Virus record (IMG/VR): IMGVR_UViG_3300008459_000050
Coordinates: 1 to 57,915 of that record
DNA length: 57,915 nt
Direction: 5' to 3' (one strand)
From: a virus
Lineage: Duplodnaviria > Caudoviricetes
Positions 46,941 to 57,365 of this stretch are shown here, one piece after another. Made by a program: the position numbers and the translations under genes. Position 1 is the stretch's first letter. Each line of letters begins with the position of its first letter. The notes beneath the pieces are model-generated. The model was given only the letters and a program-made list of their open reading frames with translations. It had not been told where the DNA came from and made no database searches.

Positions 46941-49900
46941 TCATATAAAGATCGAGTAAAGAGCGGTATAGTATCCTTCTGTGTCTACTTTTAGCTCGTC
47001 TGGGTTTGTTGTATCTGTGCAATTTTCTTGTGTTTGACCAATTGCTGCATCTATTGTATTTTTCTTTGGTTCTTCATACCACATGCCAGTGGCATAATAT
47101 AAACTATTATATAAATTAAAACCAAAAGGCATAAGAAAACTGCCAGGAATTGATCCAGCTATAGCCAAAGGTATTCCAACGAGTGGAATAGTTGCAGAGC
47201 TAACATCTTGACTGAATGTTTTCGCTATCTTATATATCCCAGAAGATAAAGCAACGTTTGGATCTGTTGTTTCTATGTAACCTTTTGCTATCAATTTAGG
47301 TGTTTCTGTTAATTGTTTCATGATAAATGAACCAATTATCGACCAAGGATCATCATTTTTTACTTCTTGTGGATTATTTACATCTGGGGTTAGTGGTTGT
47401 CCATTTGTTTGAACAATTTTTGCCAATTTTCTTAATGATGCTTTAGTATCATTAAAAACTTCTGTTACTTGTTTTCTTGTTTGAGTACATAAAACATTTG
47501 TTATAAACGCTAATGTTACATAGCGTTTTAATGGAAACAGATATTCAAACAATAATTTGTATTCTATTGAATTTGAGAAATTACTTAAATTACCTTTATA
47601 AATTTTATACAACTCATAAGAATAGGTTTCTCCCATGCCTGGGTATGAATCAAATTTATTTATACAGATATGTCCATTATTATTTATTGAAAAAGTAAAT
47701 CCTTGCAAATAAATACCGCCGAAACCAGCACGTCGTTCTTTTTGTTTTTGTTCTAATTTATCTATAAAATTTTGTATTTGAACTTTTACTATATTAATAA
47801 TTTTAAACAATTCTTTTAGTAGTATAATAAGTTTATCGATATTATATGTTTTAAGATATAAACTATCGTTATTAGGATATTTATATTGTCTCATTTTATT
47901 TTCAATAAAAAAATCTCGAGGATTTTTTATATCTATATTTATTTGTGAATTTTTAAAAGTATCCGTTTTACTGTATTTATAATAGTCTGTATATATTTCT
48001 ATGAATTGATCAAACAATGCTGTAAGTGATGATGAGCCATTTTCTTTTAGATCACTTGGTATACTTTTTTTATCTTCACTTTTATCAATAAGTATTTTTT
48101 TAATTTGCTTTAAAGATTCCTGTTGTTCATCATTTGATAGTTTATCAAGGTCATCAATAGATTTATTGTTTAATTCTTTTCTTTTCCAATAAGATATAGT
48201 TATAATTTCTTGAAAACGTGTGTTGTTATGTGATATATCATCAATATATGAATTATTAATAAACTTTATTTTATCAACAGATTCATTTAATGATGCTATT
48301 TCAGATTTTACAGTTTCGTCAGTAAAAATATTTAAATTATCTAATATTGATTCAAGATCATCAAATCTTCTTAATTTTATTTTAGTTCCGTCTATAGTTT
48401 CAAGTACAGCATTTGTGTCATCCAAAATTCTTTTAGCTAACTTTGGTAACACTTGAGATTTCAATTCAAATCTTACAGTATTTTTTAATAGTTCTCTTTT
48501 AAATATTGAACTATTCGTATCTACTGTGGAGTCTGGGTTGTCTATCTTATATAATTTTACTAAAAAACCAGTTAAAATATTGAAATATAGTTCGTCTGTT
48601 GCCTTTAATTCTATTTCAAGCATATCTGTGATAAAATCAACAAACAAAGGATCATCTCTTAAGATCTGAGGGTCATAATAACCAAAAACACCGATTCCTC
48701 TCAGAACTATATCATGAAGATACATTCTAAGAGCTATCTTGTGGATTGCACCTAAAAATACATTTTGAGTATCGCTTGTCTCTAATTTTTCAAGTTCATC
48801 TGTATTTACTGGTTTATTATCTGCAACAGACTGCATTATTATTTGATCAATACATGATGATTTTTGTTTATTATTTACTGCTTGAGTTTTTACATCATCT
48901 ATATCTAAATAATTTGGTTTTATATTACAAACTTTTTGTCTATCAGTTTGCTGATAATTTAAAACAAGAAAATCTGTTTTTGCTTTATAAGAAGTATTTC
49001 CATCTGTTTTGTAGGCCACTTTTTTTAAAAATTCACTATCTTTTACGGAATCAATAGTATATTTCATAAAATCATCAGAAAAATAATTATAATTATAATC
49101 TACTAGATATTCAGATATTTTAGTTGATATTTTTTCACTTACTACTTTGTCAATTATAGTTGGAGAGCTATCAATATAACTTGGACTGTTTGTAGCTATC
49201 GACGCTTCATTGTTTACGTGGTAAATAAATTTTTCAAATACAAGTGATTTACTTGGATTTTCTTCTTTGATACCAAGAACATCAGATATATACGTTTGTA
49301 TGTCTGGATCTATGCTGCTACTTAGAACGCTACGATCATCTATGGTCAGATAAGGTAGACCATTTCTTGTTATGTTTAAATTAAATTTTTCATATACATC
49401 TTTTTTAGGTAATTTAGACTCTTTTGTTTCTGATAAGCTGTCTTCTATTCCAAGAGTATCAAAAGGTGGAGTAACTTGTTCTAGCACATTATCTGTATAT
49501 GTAACTTTATAATTTGGATATTGTATCGAGCAATTAAATACTGTATTATAATATTTTATAACATTTTTATAAGTTCTTAAACATTGTTCTAATTTTGCTT
49601 GAAAAGCCTGTGCTCTAACTTTTCCAACACTAACATCTACTTCTCTCATTAAAGAATTAAATTGAACTTGCTTCTCAGTAAAAAACTGCATTATTGTAAG
49701 ATATACAGAAATTTCGTTTTGATTAAAAAATTCAATATCCGGTGTTTTATCTCCAATTAATTTTTTAATTTGGTCCAACGTTCTTTCTTCAGTTGGTTTA
49801 CCTTTACTATATCTCGCAAAATTATCTAGAATTGGCAAAAATCTGAATATGTCAGGAGAAGAAATTTTTAAAATCGCACCTCCATATAATAAAGGTAAAA

Positions 49901-52871
49901 AATCAGATATAAAATTTGTTAATTCAATATTTGCTTTTTCAATTTCATCTCTTAATGCTTGATCTATTAAATTAATATCTAATACTTGTTGTTTTTGGCC
50001 GTCTATAAAAACATTAAATTTATTGTAGTGTGCATTATAAGAATTATTTTGTAAAATATTATTAAACAAGTATGCTGGGTGTATTTCTTGTGAGGCAGTA
50101 GCAACTCCACTATCATTTTGTGGAGGTTTATTTATCACTATCTTTCCAGAGTCACTGTCAAAACTCAACATACTAAAATTTGAAGATGACACTGAAAATG
50201 CAGTTCTCGGCCATACAGCAGCTTCTTTTTCAAATGATTCATAAGTGCTTTTTAACATAGCGTCAAGTGAAGATTTAAAACTAGCGATAGGTGGAGTAAG
50301 TGGTGGTGGGCTATTGTTATCACTTGAATTTGCACAAAGAACACTTGGAATATTATTTAGATCAAATGGTTCATCGCTATCTAGGAATTTTAATAGCTCT
50401 TCTACGTTTTTTAACTCTTCGTCTTTAATGTCGTTAAGGATGGCATCAAGAGCTTCATTTGGCAAACCTTTTGCTTCTAATATTGTTCTTCTTGCAGCGA
50501 GTAATGTTTTTTCATTACAACCACATAGCAGTGCAGAATCTGCTTGTTCTATTAAATTATCATTACAAAAAGCTAAATTAGGTAGATTATTTCCCAATAA
50601 GGTAAACAATCTAGCCACATCAGAATTTGTTGATATTTTATTTTTTAAATTTGGTTTTTTTGAAGCTATTGATTTTAATATAATTTCATATACTTCGTCT
50701 TCTACTTTATCACCTTTTAAAAGTATACAGATTTCTTTTGTTGTTAACAAACAAGTTAAATCATCTATTAATCCAATCAATTCCTGTCTTTGTGCTAAAA
50801 TTTGTGCATCGTCAGTTATGCCAAATATATTACCGATTGCATCATTTAAAGCATTGTTATCTTGTGTATTATTTAAGTTATTTAATAATGAATCAGCGCC
50901 ACTAGTGTCACCAGCGTTTTGTTCTTTATCACCATCAGAACTACATAACCTTATCATAAACTTTAAAAGCTCTCTCATCGTTAACACAATAGTATCTTGT
51001 ATGAGTTTTATAAACCATCTTTCTAATGCATCTACTAATTTTTTATTTGGATCATAAGTTGGTATAGTTGGTAGTTGTACACTATTTATTTTTTTTAATC
51101 CTTCAGTCACAAAAGGATTACATACTGTTGCAAATGCAAAATTTTCTAGATTTTGTTTTGCTTTGTTATATTCTTGTAAAAGTTTATTTAATTCTTCTGG
51201 TGGTATTTTTCGTATTGCACAATTAGCTAATTCAAGTAATATAGCAGCTATGTTTGTTTGTTGTAGAGCAGAAATATACTCCCCTAAAGCTCTACGTAGC
51301 TCTTCTGGTTTTTCTTTACCAGCGAATACATTTTGTATAAAAAATACTTTTCTAAAATTAGACGGTAGTATATCAAGAGTTTCTACGCTTGAAAAAAATT
51401 TAATTATTTCACTGCTTTCATTATCAATTTGTTTATCGATATCTTGTTTTTTATAGTTTTGAAATTTATTTATATTTGATATTATTTTATTTTTAGTTAT
51501 ATTTTCTGCTAGTTGGTAGTTTGAAACTACACAATTAATCACATCTAGTGGCTCTGGTTCGATTGATGTTATGACTGGAAAATGATTTTCGGTTACAAAT
51601 TTTGAAAAATACTCAGTTGCATAATTATCAGTGGTGTTCGTAGAACCTCCCCATTTAAACTCAAAATCTTTTTTTAAATTATTTTTTTGTACAATATAAT
51701 TTAATAATGTTTTAGATCTAATTGTGTCGTCATTTAGGAATGATAACATTCCTGAGTTCATTGGTATTTTTTCGCCATTACTGGTCTTATATTCAACAGA
51801 AGCTAATTGTATTTCGTCTTTTTTCTCTGAGTTGAAGAAATTAAATGTAATACTACCGATCCAATGACCTCTAAAAATAACGGTGCCATCTTCTCTAGTT
51901 TGAACAAATGCACCTTGTGTACCTATTGGCACATTTTTTACAATCAATTCATCAACTTTAACTCTAAAGTTTTTTACAGTTTCTAGTTCGCCTGCTGGAT
52001 TGAATCCAATGCCTTCTGGTGTAATAATCCATTTTCTATTTTTGTATACTGTAGAAATACCAGCTAAAGTTAACTCAAGATCATCAAAGAATTTTTTATA
52101 TTCTTCATATGAACTAAAGGTTAATTTATATGGTGGAGTAGGTGCATTTTCTGGTAATGGGAACATATTTGAAGGTAAGTCGTTCCACCATGTTTGATCA
52201 GCAGTTTTAAATTCCTGCCTACCTTCTAGAGCTTCAATATATTTTTTTGAAACAGTAACATACGCCATTAATGTTGAACAAGTTCTGAATGAATAATCTA
52301 TTCCTTCAACTTGACCAAACATATAATATTGATCTAATAAACTTTTTATGTATTTTTCGTCATATTTTTTGCCATGCTCTTGTAAAATAAGCGATAAGCC
52401 TTTGATAAGAGATTCTTCTAGAATTTGATCTAGATTATTATCTACTTTTTCTACATTTGTATCATATACTACAGCATATAAACCACGTTTATCGTCAGAG
52501 AATGGAATATTCTTTTTTTGGTGTCTCCAAGCTACATCTTTTGCGTTTGCGTCTGGATTATAGACAACATTCTTTGAACTAACTGCAAACTCTTTTGTCC
52601 CACTTAATCCAGAAACATCTTCTCTTAGAACATATCCTTCTACATTAAAAACTCCATTACTATCTTGAATTAAAACTTTATGCCAAGCATTCAGATAACC
52701 AACCGAGTCTTCAAGTACAATAACATTTGTACCACCATTAATCTTCTTTATGCCTGTTACAACAGTCCCAGACGGAGCAACGGAACCAGCAAAAAACTTT
52801 GTAGATTTACTTGTATAATGAGTGGCTGTAGTTGGAGTTTTTGGATATTTAATCTTTTCAAAATTTTTCAT
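46941..52871 (-). CDS. Very large hypothetical virion protein, N-terminal SH3-like segment
   Basis: 1976 aa, largely helical; V.VLE.....WHKV.......GYV. Confidence 0.6.
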   Translation of the reverse strand: MKNFEKIKYPKTPTTATHYTSKSTKFFAGSVAPSGTVVTGIKKINGGTNVIVLEDSVGYLNAWHKVLIQDSNGVFNVEGYVLREDVSGLSGTKEFAVSSKNVVYNPDANAKDVAWRHQKKNIPFSDDKRGLYAVVYDTNVEKVDNNLDQILEESLIKGLSLILQEHGKKYDEKYIKSLLDQYYMFGQVEGIDYSFRTCSTLMAYVTVSKKYIEALEGRQEFKTADQTWWNDLPSNMFPLPENAPTPPYKLTFSSYEEYKKFFDDLELTLAGISTVYKNRKWIITPEGIGFNPAGELETVKNFRVKVDELIVKNVPIGTQGAFVQTREDGTVIFRGHWIGSITFNFFNSEKKDEIQLASVEYKTSNGEKIPMNSGMLSFLNDDTIRSKTLLNYIVQKNNLKKDFEFKWGGSTNTTDNYATEYFSKFVTENHFPVITSIEPEPLDVINCVVSNYQLAENITKNKIISNINKFQNYKKQDIDKQIDNESSEIIKFFSSVETLDILPSNFRKVFFIQNVFAGKEKPEELRRALGEYISALQQTNIAAILLELANCAIRKIPPEELNKLLQEYNKAKQNLENFAFATVCNPFVTEGLKKINSVQLPTIPTYDPNKKLVDALERWFIKLIQDTIVLTMRELLKFMIRLCSSDGDKEQNAGDTSGADSLLNNLNNTQDNNALNDAIGNIFGITDDAQILAQRQELIGLIDDLTCLLTTKEICILLKGDKVEDEVYEIILKSIASKKPNLKNKISTNSDVARLFTLLGNNLPNLAFCNDNLIEQADSALLCGCNEKTLLAARRTILEAKGLPNEALDAILNDIKDEELKNVEELLKFLDSDEPFDLNNIPSVLCANSSDNNSPPPLTPPIASFKSSLDAMLKSTYESFEKEAAVWPRTAFSVSSSNFSMLSFDSDSGKIVINKPPQNDSGVATASQEIHPAYLFNNILQNNSYNAHYNKFNVFIDGQKQQVLDINLIDQALRDEIEKANIELTNFISDFLPLLYGGAILKISSPDIFRFLPILDNFARYSKGKPTEERTLDQIKKLIGDKTPDIEFFNQNEISVYLTIMQFFTEKQVQFNSLMREVDVSVGKVRAQAFQAKLEQCLRTYKNVIKYYNTVFNCSIQYPNYKVTYTDNVLEQVTPPFDTLGIEDSLSETKESKLPKKDVYEKFNLNITRNGLPYLTIDDRSVLSSSIDPDIQTYISDVLGIKEENPSKSLVFEKFIYHVNNEASIATNSPSYIDSSPTIIDKVVSEKISTKISEYLVDYNYNYFSDDFMKYTIDSVKDSEFLKKVAYKTDGNTSYKAKTDFLVLNYQQTDRQKVCNIKPNYLDIDDVKTQAVNNKQKSSCIDQIIMQSVADNKPVNTDELEKLETSDTQNVFLGAIHKIALRMYLHDIVLRGIGVFGYYDPQILRDDPLFVDFITDMLEIELKATDELYFNILTGFLVKLYKIDNPDSTVDTNSSIFKRELLKNTVRFELKSQVLPKLAKRILDDTNAVLETIDGTKIKLRRFDDLESILDNLNIFTDETVKSEIASLNESVDKIKFINNSYIDDISHNNTRFQEIITISYWKRKELNNKSIDDLDKLSNDEQQESLKQIKKILIDKSEDKKSIPSDLKENGSSSLTALFDQFIEIYTDYYKYSKTDTFKNSQINIDIKNPRDFFIENKMRQYKYPNNDSLYLKTYNIDKLIILLKELFKIINIVKVQIQNFIDKLEQKQKERRAGFGGIYLQGFTFSINNNGHICINKFDSYPGMGETYSYELYKIYKGNLSNFSNSIEYKLLFEYLFPLKRYVTLAFITNVLCTQTRKQVTEVFNDTKASLRKLAKIVQTNGQPLTPDVNNPQEVKNDDPWSIIGSFIMKQLTETPKLIAKGYIETTDPNVALSSGIYKIAKTFSQDVSSATIPLVGIPLAIAGSIPGSFLMPFGFNLYNSLYYATGMWYEEPKKNTIDAAIGQTQENCTDTTNPDELKVDTEGYYTALYSIFI

Positions 52872-52881
52872 ACTATAATCT

Positions 52882-53775
52882 CTAATTTAACTTATGATAC
52901 TTACTGTTTATATAATATCTACCAGTTGGCTCTAAATATGTTTGTTTTACAACAAAGTTATTGTAACTATTAAATTTTAACCCCTGTTCAACTTTTAACG
53001 CTAAGGCTGTCTCAACTTCAATTCCTTTTATTAAAAGCTCTGGAGATGGCGATGTTGGTGCTCCGTAAAAAGGACTAGCGTGTGTGTGATTTGTTATTTC
53101 TCTATTAAACCGTTGCTGTTCTTCTAGAAACCCTGAAACAATCCCATTTAATTTTTCTATTCGTTCCATTATTGCGTCAAGAGCAATCTTTAAATTATCT
53201 CCAAGAGGTATCGGCTGGGGAGTTTCTTTGTCAAGATTGTTCAACAGTTCAACACCATTTAAACAAATAATTGGATCATCTGTTGATGTTTTTTCACCTG
53301 AATTAACAACAAGTTTCATGGAGTTTCTAGCTATAATCCTAACATCATCAGATTTAACTGCAATACCTGCTCTTGCAACAGATTTTCCAGAATATCCTTC
53401 AACTATACCAAAATTATCATCTATATCTGTTTTTTGGCTTAGATATATTCTTGAGGCATCAGCAGCATAATTAGGATTAACATATTGATTTATTAGTGTT
53501 GTAGCATCAACAGAAGACAATCTACCAACAACAATATCTAATGTGCTATCCTTACCGTGACCTTTTCCTCCGTATCCAGAGTCCCAATCAGAGATTCTAT
53601 CACGACCAAAAACAATATATGAGTTATTTTGGCCTTTATATACTGTTTCGCAAGGAGCGGCATTATAAACAAAATCATTATATGGCTCTTCGCAAACATC
53701 GTTATTGAATCCATATTTACGATTTGGATCTATTTTTTGTTTGCCAATCTGATCGGCACCATTTATTTTTAGCAT
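52882..53775 (-). CDS. Baseplate spike / gp5 C-terminal-like protein
   Basis: Beta-helix-like SDDVRIIAR region, LGDNL, H-x-H (NHTH) tip motif. Confidence 0.65.
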   Translation of the reverse strand: MLKINGADQIGKQKIDPNRKYGFNNDVCEEPYNDFVYNAAPCETVYKGQNNSYIVFGRDRISDWDSGYGGKGHGKDSTLDIVVGRLSSVDATTLINQYVNPNYAADASRIYLSQKTDIDDNFGIVEGYSGKSVARAGIAVKSDDVRIIARNSMKLVVNSGEKTSTDDPIICLNGVELLNNLDKETPQPIPLGDNLKIALDAIMERIEKLNGIVSGFLEEQQRFNREITNHTHASPFYGAPTSPSPELLIKGIEVETALALKVEQGLKFNSYNNFVVKQTYLEPTGRYYINSKYHKLN

Positions 53776-53790
53776 ACTTTAATTATTATC

Positions 53791-54837
53791 CTAGGAATTT
53801 TTTGCTGCATTATAAGCTGTTGGTATTCTAACAATATAATCGCTTGTTTCCTGTGGCAAACGAGATTTCCACGATGAATCAGAAATTTTTAGAACTTGCC
53901 TATTTGGACCCCAGTTATATCCTGCTGCCATTTTTTCTAGATCACCATTAAACTGTTGTTGTAATTGTTTTAAATAAATAGCTCCCATCATTATATTATG
54001 TTCTGGCTTAAATGGATCTGGGCTTATGGAGCCATATTTAGCTCTAAATGCTGGTTTTTTAGAAAAATCACTAACAGCAGATGGCATTAACTGCATCAAA
54101 CCCTGCGCCCCAGCTGGACTTCTAGCACTAGGATTAAAGTTTGACTCAACTGCTATAAATGCTTTTATTAAATTTGGATCTATTTTAACAACTCTAGCAA
54201 CATCATCAATTATAGAATTAAATGTATCTTTTATTACTGGGTTATAATTTGTTTTTGAATTAAATAAATTTCTGTTAGGTGAATTTGTGTTATCTGCTCC
54301 AATAGGTTTTATATCCCCGTCACCTTGTGGAACTTCTGCAAATACATTTATTATCTTACCTTCTTGAAATGTTGTAAGATTACCAAAGGTTGTATTGACA
54401 ATAGAACCAATAGATACTTCTATCACATTACCATCTCTTGGTTCTATGATAAAGTCTGGATATAGGTCAATTATCTTTTCGTCTTCTACTGTTGTTCCAA
54501 ATGTAGAAGGAATAGGTAACATACCATGAATTTCTGGTATTCGTACCTTGCATATGCTTAAATTTTTTGATTTATCGCTTGAAGAGAAGATACTCTTAAG
54601 GAATCGTAAAGCACTTGGAGAATCAGTTGTACTATTAACTGGCGTCTTTGTTACTCTATAGACTTGCCCTTTAAATTCTGTTATGCCCTTGAGAGAGTCT
54701 TTTTTAAATAAGACTTCTTCTACAACCATCTTCAAAACGCCATTGATGGTGGTTGTTTTTAAATCAAGAGTTCTTCTTGGATAATCTAAAGTTGCTGGAT
54801 TTAGACCATTTTCGATATTTAGGACATTATCGTTCAA
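53791..54837 (-). CDS. Baseplate-hub-associated soluble lytic transglycosylase
   Basis: N-terminal KVRIPEIH (gp5 OB-like); SLT motifs AVESNF, GAQGLMQLMP, NI..G..YL, AGYNWG, ETSDY; TTG start. Confidence 0.85.
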   Translation of the reverse strand: MNDNVLNIENGLNPATLDYPRRTLDLKTTTINGVLKMVVEEVLFKKDSLKGITEFKGQVYRVTKTPVNSTTDSPSALRFLKSIFSSSDKSKNLSICKVRIPEIHGMLPIPSTFGTTVEDEKIIDLYPDFIIEPRDGNVIEVSIGSIVNTTFGNLTTFQEGKIINVFAEVPQGDGDIKPIGADNTNSPNRNLFNSKTNYNPVIKDTFNSIIDDVARVVKIDPNLIKAFIAVESNFNPSARSPAGAQGLMQLMPSAVSDFSKKPAFRAKYGSISPDPFKPEHNIMMGAIYLKQLQQQFNGDLEKMAAGYNWGPNRQVLKISDSSWKSRLPQETSDYIVRIPTAYNAAKNS

Positions 54838-55131
54838 TTATTTGTCCTCCCTGATCATATCAAAGATTTGATCTTTCTCCTCTATGCTCATATCTACAGT
54901 AACACCTTCTTTTTTTTGTATTATTGCAGCTATTTTAACCAGTTGTTCATTACTTCTTTGAAGAGTTTCTAGGTATTTACTGGCAACTTCACCAAAATCA
55001 CGGTGTTTATATTTATCGCTTGTTTTTGACATTTCATTAACAAGATCGAGCAATAGTTTATTAGCTACTGCTCGATCATTATCGATGTTATTGGTTGCGT
55101 TTTCTATATATTCTTCAAGTTTCTTTGACAT
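54838..55131 (-). CDS. Hypothetical protein
   Basis: 97-aa helical ORF abutting both neighbours. Confidence 0.7.
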   Translation of the reverse strand: MSKKLEEYIENATNNIDNDRAVANKLLLDLVNEMSKTSDKYKHRDFGEVASKYLETLQRSNEQLVKIAAIIQKKEGVTVDMSIEEKDQIFDMIREDK

Positions 55132-55818
55132 CTATATGTTCCCATTGTACCAATCTTCCTTAAAGCTTTGGTACCTGATCCTGAACTTCTTAAGATTGCA
55201 AACAATCTGTTTTGTGTTCAATCCAGTTATTTCACGTACATATAGATAAATAGCTTTTTTATTAAAAATTTGTATATTTGCACTGTCTTTAAAAAGAATG
55301 ACGATAGCTTTATAAACTTTTTCTTCATTCTCCTTCATCTTACGGAGACTCCAGTTATCTAATTGTTTTTCAAAAGCCTCCCAAAACTCTTCTGATTCTT
55401 TTAAAGTTAGATAACTATCATCTGTTGATATTTCTTGATCGTCACCGCTATAATCTTCAAGATATATTTCACGTTTTGTATTATTTTTCTTAACCTTGTG
55501 AATGAACCAATTTTTAGTAATAACTGAGAAATAAGAAAAGGCTTTTGACCCTTTCGATGGACTAAATTTGTCCAAAATGGTCACAAGCCAAATCTTACAT
55601 TCGTCTTTTAAGTCTTCTATATTTGGAAGAGTATTGAATTTGTATGTAAAGACTATTTTTTCAACCATTTCATTAAAAACTGGTTGAATATAGTCTCTAT
55701 AAATAACATTTTTTCTTGTTAGATCAAGTATTGTACAGTACTCTAAAATTGCATTTTCATGATCTTTTGTGAAGTACTGCTTACTACCTTTCGTCGGAGT
55801 TCTCGTCATTTTCTTCAC
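55132..55818 (-). CDS. Phage sigma factor (gp55-like, late transcription)
   Basis: YFT...AI.EY; KFSPSKGSKAFSYFSVITKN resembles the gp55 region-2 F.P.K...F.YF motif. Confidence 0.7.
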   Translation of the reverse strand: MKKMTRTPTKGSKQYFTKDHENAILEYCTILDLTRKNVIYRDYIQPVFNEMVEKIVFTYKFNTLPNIEDLKDECKIWLVTILDKFSPSKGSKAFSYFSVITKNWFIHKVKKNNTKREIYLEDYSGDDQEISTDDSYLTLKESEEFWEAFEKQLDNWSLRKMKENEEKVYKAIVILFKDSANIQIFNKKAIYLYVREITGLNTKQIVCNLKKFRIRYQSFKEDWYNGNI

Positions 55819-56092
55819 TCTCTACGTCCTCTTTAACAAGAACTGACCTTTCATATGTCTTGCATGCTTCGATGACCATTTTTGTGTTTTTGACAGCAGC
55901 AGTCATTGTATCATCACCGTAGTACATTTCTAGTTCCAGCATTCCCTCAAGGCTAGCAGTATATTCTTCTAATAGACCTTGAAGTTGCTGGACGTAGTTA
56001 ACGCCGAAGCTTAGTTGTTTAATTAACTTACGTATATACCAGACAAAAACACAATTAACTGCTAGAGATAGGATAAATAATACATATATCAT
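55784..56092 (-). CDS. Hypothetical membrane-anchored protein
   Basis: N-terminal TM helix. Confidence 0.65.
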   Translation of the reverse strand: MIYVLFILSLAVNCVFVWYIRKLIKQLSFGVNYVQQLQGLLEEYTASLEGMLELEMYYGDDTMTAAVKNTKMVIEACKTYERSVLVKEDVESEENDENSDER

Positions 56093-56346
56093 TCTTTGTA
56101 CTCTCGACTGATAGCTTGCTTTTGATCTAGTAGTAATTTACGATTATCTTCGATTGCTCTACGGACTCTTTCACCAGCTAGATCACGTTCATTTTTTTGT
56201 TTTGAATAAGATGTAAGTAGCTGTGGAAGGCGTTTTAGAGTTTCTTTTTCATTGCATCGTTCACAGTCATGAAGTTGTTCTGTGATACTATGAACTGTTT
56301 CAAAGCGATGCTGACATTTTTCACATTCGTAAGTGTATGCTGGCAT
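56089..56346 (-). CDS. FmdB-family zinc-ribbon protein
   Basis: MPAYTYECEKCQHRFE...CERC. Confidence 0.85.
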   Translation of the reverse strand: MPAYTYECEKCQHRFETVHSITEQLHDCERCNEKETLKRLPQLLTSYSKQKNERDLAGERVRRAIEDNRKLLLDQKQAISREYKE

Positions 56347-56347
56347 G

Positions 56348-56518
56348 TTATTCGTCTTGGAATAGAATTTGTTTTGGTGGATTGGTTACTTCTAGTTGTC
56401 CACCTTCTGCTACAACAAAATTAAAATCTCGTAGCATTGGTACGATATCACTCTCTTCCATTAGAGATTTTTGAAGTGCGATCATTACGCAAGAAAGGGC
56501 TTGGTCACTGAGTGTCAT
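56348..56518 (-). CDS. Small hypothetical protein (56 aa), not in the ORF track
   Basis: MTLSDQALSCVMIALQKSLMEESDIVPMLRDFNF...; AAGGAG SD; fills the gap exactly. Confidence 0.75.
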   Translation of the reverse strand: MTLSDQALSCVMIALQKSLMEESDIVPMLRDFNFVVAEGGQLEVTNPPKQILFQDE

Positions 56519-57365
56519 TTAGATTCTCCTTGGCAAAACATTTTTGGATGCCTTGTAAAAAGTCTATTCTAGCAGACCATCCAATATTGTTTAAATTTTT
56601 TGTGTCAGCTAATGTGGAAAGTGCATCTGTTGGACGTGCTGATAAGTGATTAAATTTTATTTCTGGGTAATTGCTTAATATATGGCTTTTAATAAAATTA
56701 AGATCATAATTTTTCCCAGTACCAACGTCATAACATGATCCATTAAAACTATCGTGATACAAAGCAGCAAATAAGTTACAATCAACGATATCATTTACAT
56801 GGACATAATCTCGTTTATGTTGCCCTTCACCGTATACGGTCAAATCCCGACCTTTTCTTATTGATTGCATCCAAGCAGATATAACTGTTGGATAAACATC
56901 TGATGGCTTTTGACATTCAGAGTATACATTATAATACCTTAAACACACTGTATCAACACCAAACATACGCGAATAAAGCTTACATTCAAGTTCATTTTGT
57001 AACTTATGCAGGCCATATGGATTAACTGGGCCATCACCATTGCCATAAATTGCAGATGAACTTGAAAATACTACTCTTTTAACTTTAACTTTTCTAGCAT
57101 ATTCAAGAACACAACTTGTTCCATAAACATTTGTATAACATACACTAGATGGCATTTCTACACTTTGCTGTACTCTTGGATTAGCTGCAAGATGAAATAT
57201 AATATCTGGTTTAAAATGTAGATATTCTTCGCTATTAGGAAGGTTAATAATATCTTTGTTGTCTTCCTTTAAATCACATCCCTTTACATCCCAACCAAGC
57301 GTCAGACACTTATTATATATTTTAGAACCAATATAACCTTTATGACCAGTAATTAAAACTTTCAT
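56505..57365 (-). CDS. NAD-dependent nucleotide-sugar epimerase/dehydratase
   Basis: TGHKGYIG, HLAA, FSSSSAIYG, YGLHK, RYYNVY, RDYVHV. Confidence 0.92.
   Translation of the reverse strand: MKVLITGHKGYIGSKIYNKCLTLGWDVKGCDLKEDNKDIINLPNSEEYLHFKPDIIFHLAANPRVQQSVEMPSSVCYTNVYGTSCVLEYARKVKVKRVVFSSSSAIYGNGDGPVNPYGLHKLQNELECKLYSRMFGVDTVCLRYYNVYSECQKPSDVYPTVISAWMQSIRKGRDLTVYGEGQHKRDYVHVNDIVDCNLFAALYHDSFNGSCYDVGTGKNYDLNFIKSHILSNYPEIKFNHLSARPTDALSTLADTKNLNNIGWSARIDFLQGIQKCFAKENLNDTQ

Noticed and set aside
453-54247. Numerous plus-strand ORFs of 60-270 aa (e.g. 7565-8218, 50245-51057)
   Set aside because: Antisense shadows of long minus-strand genes; S/L/F-rich with no recognisable motifs
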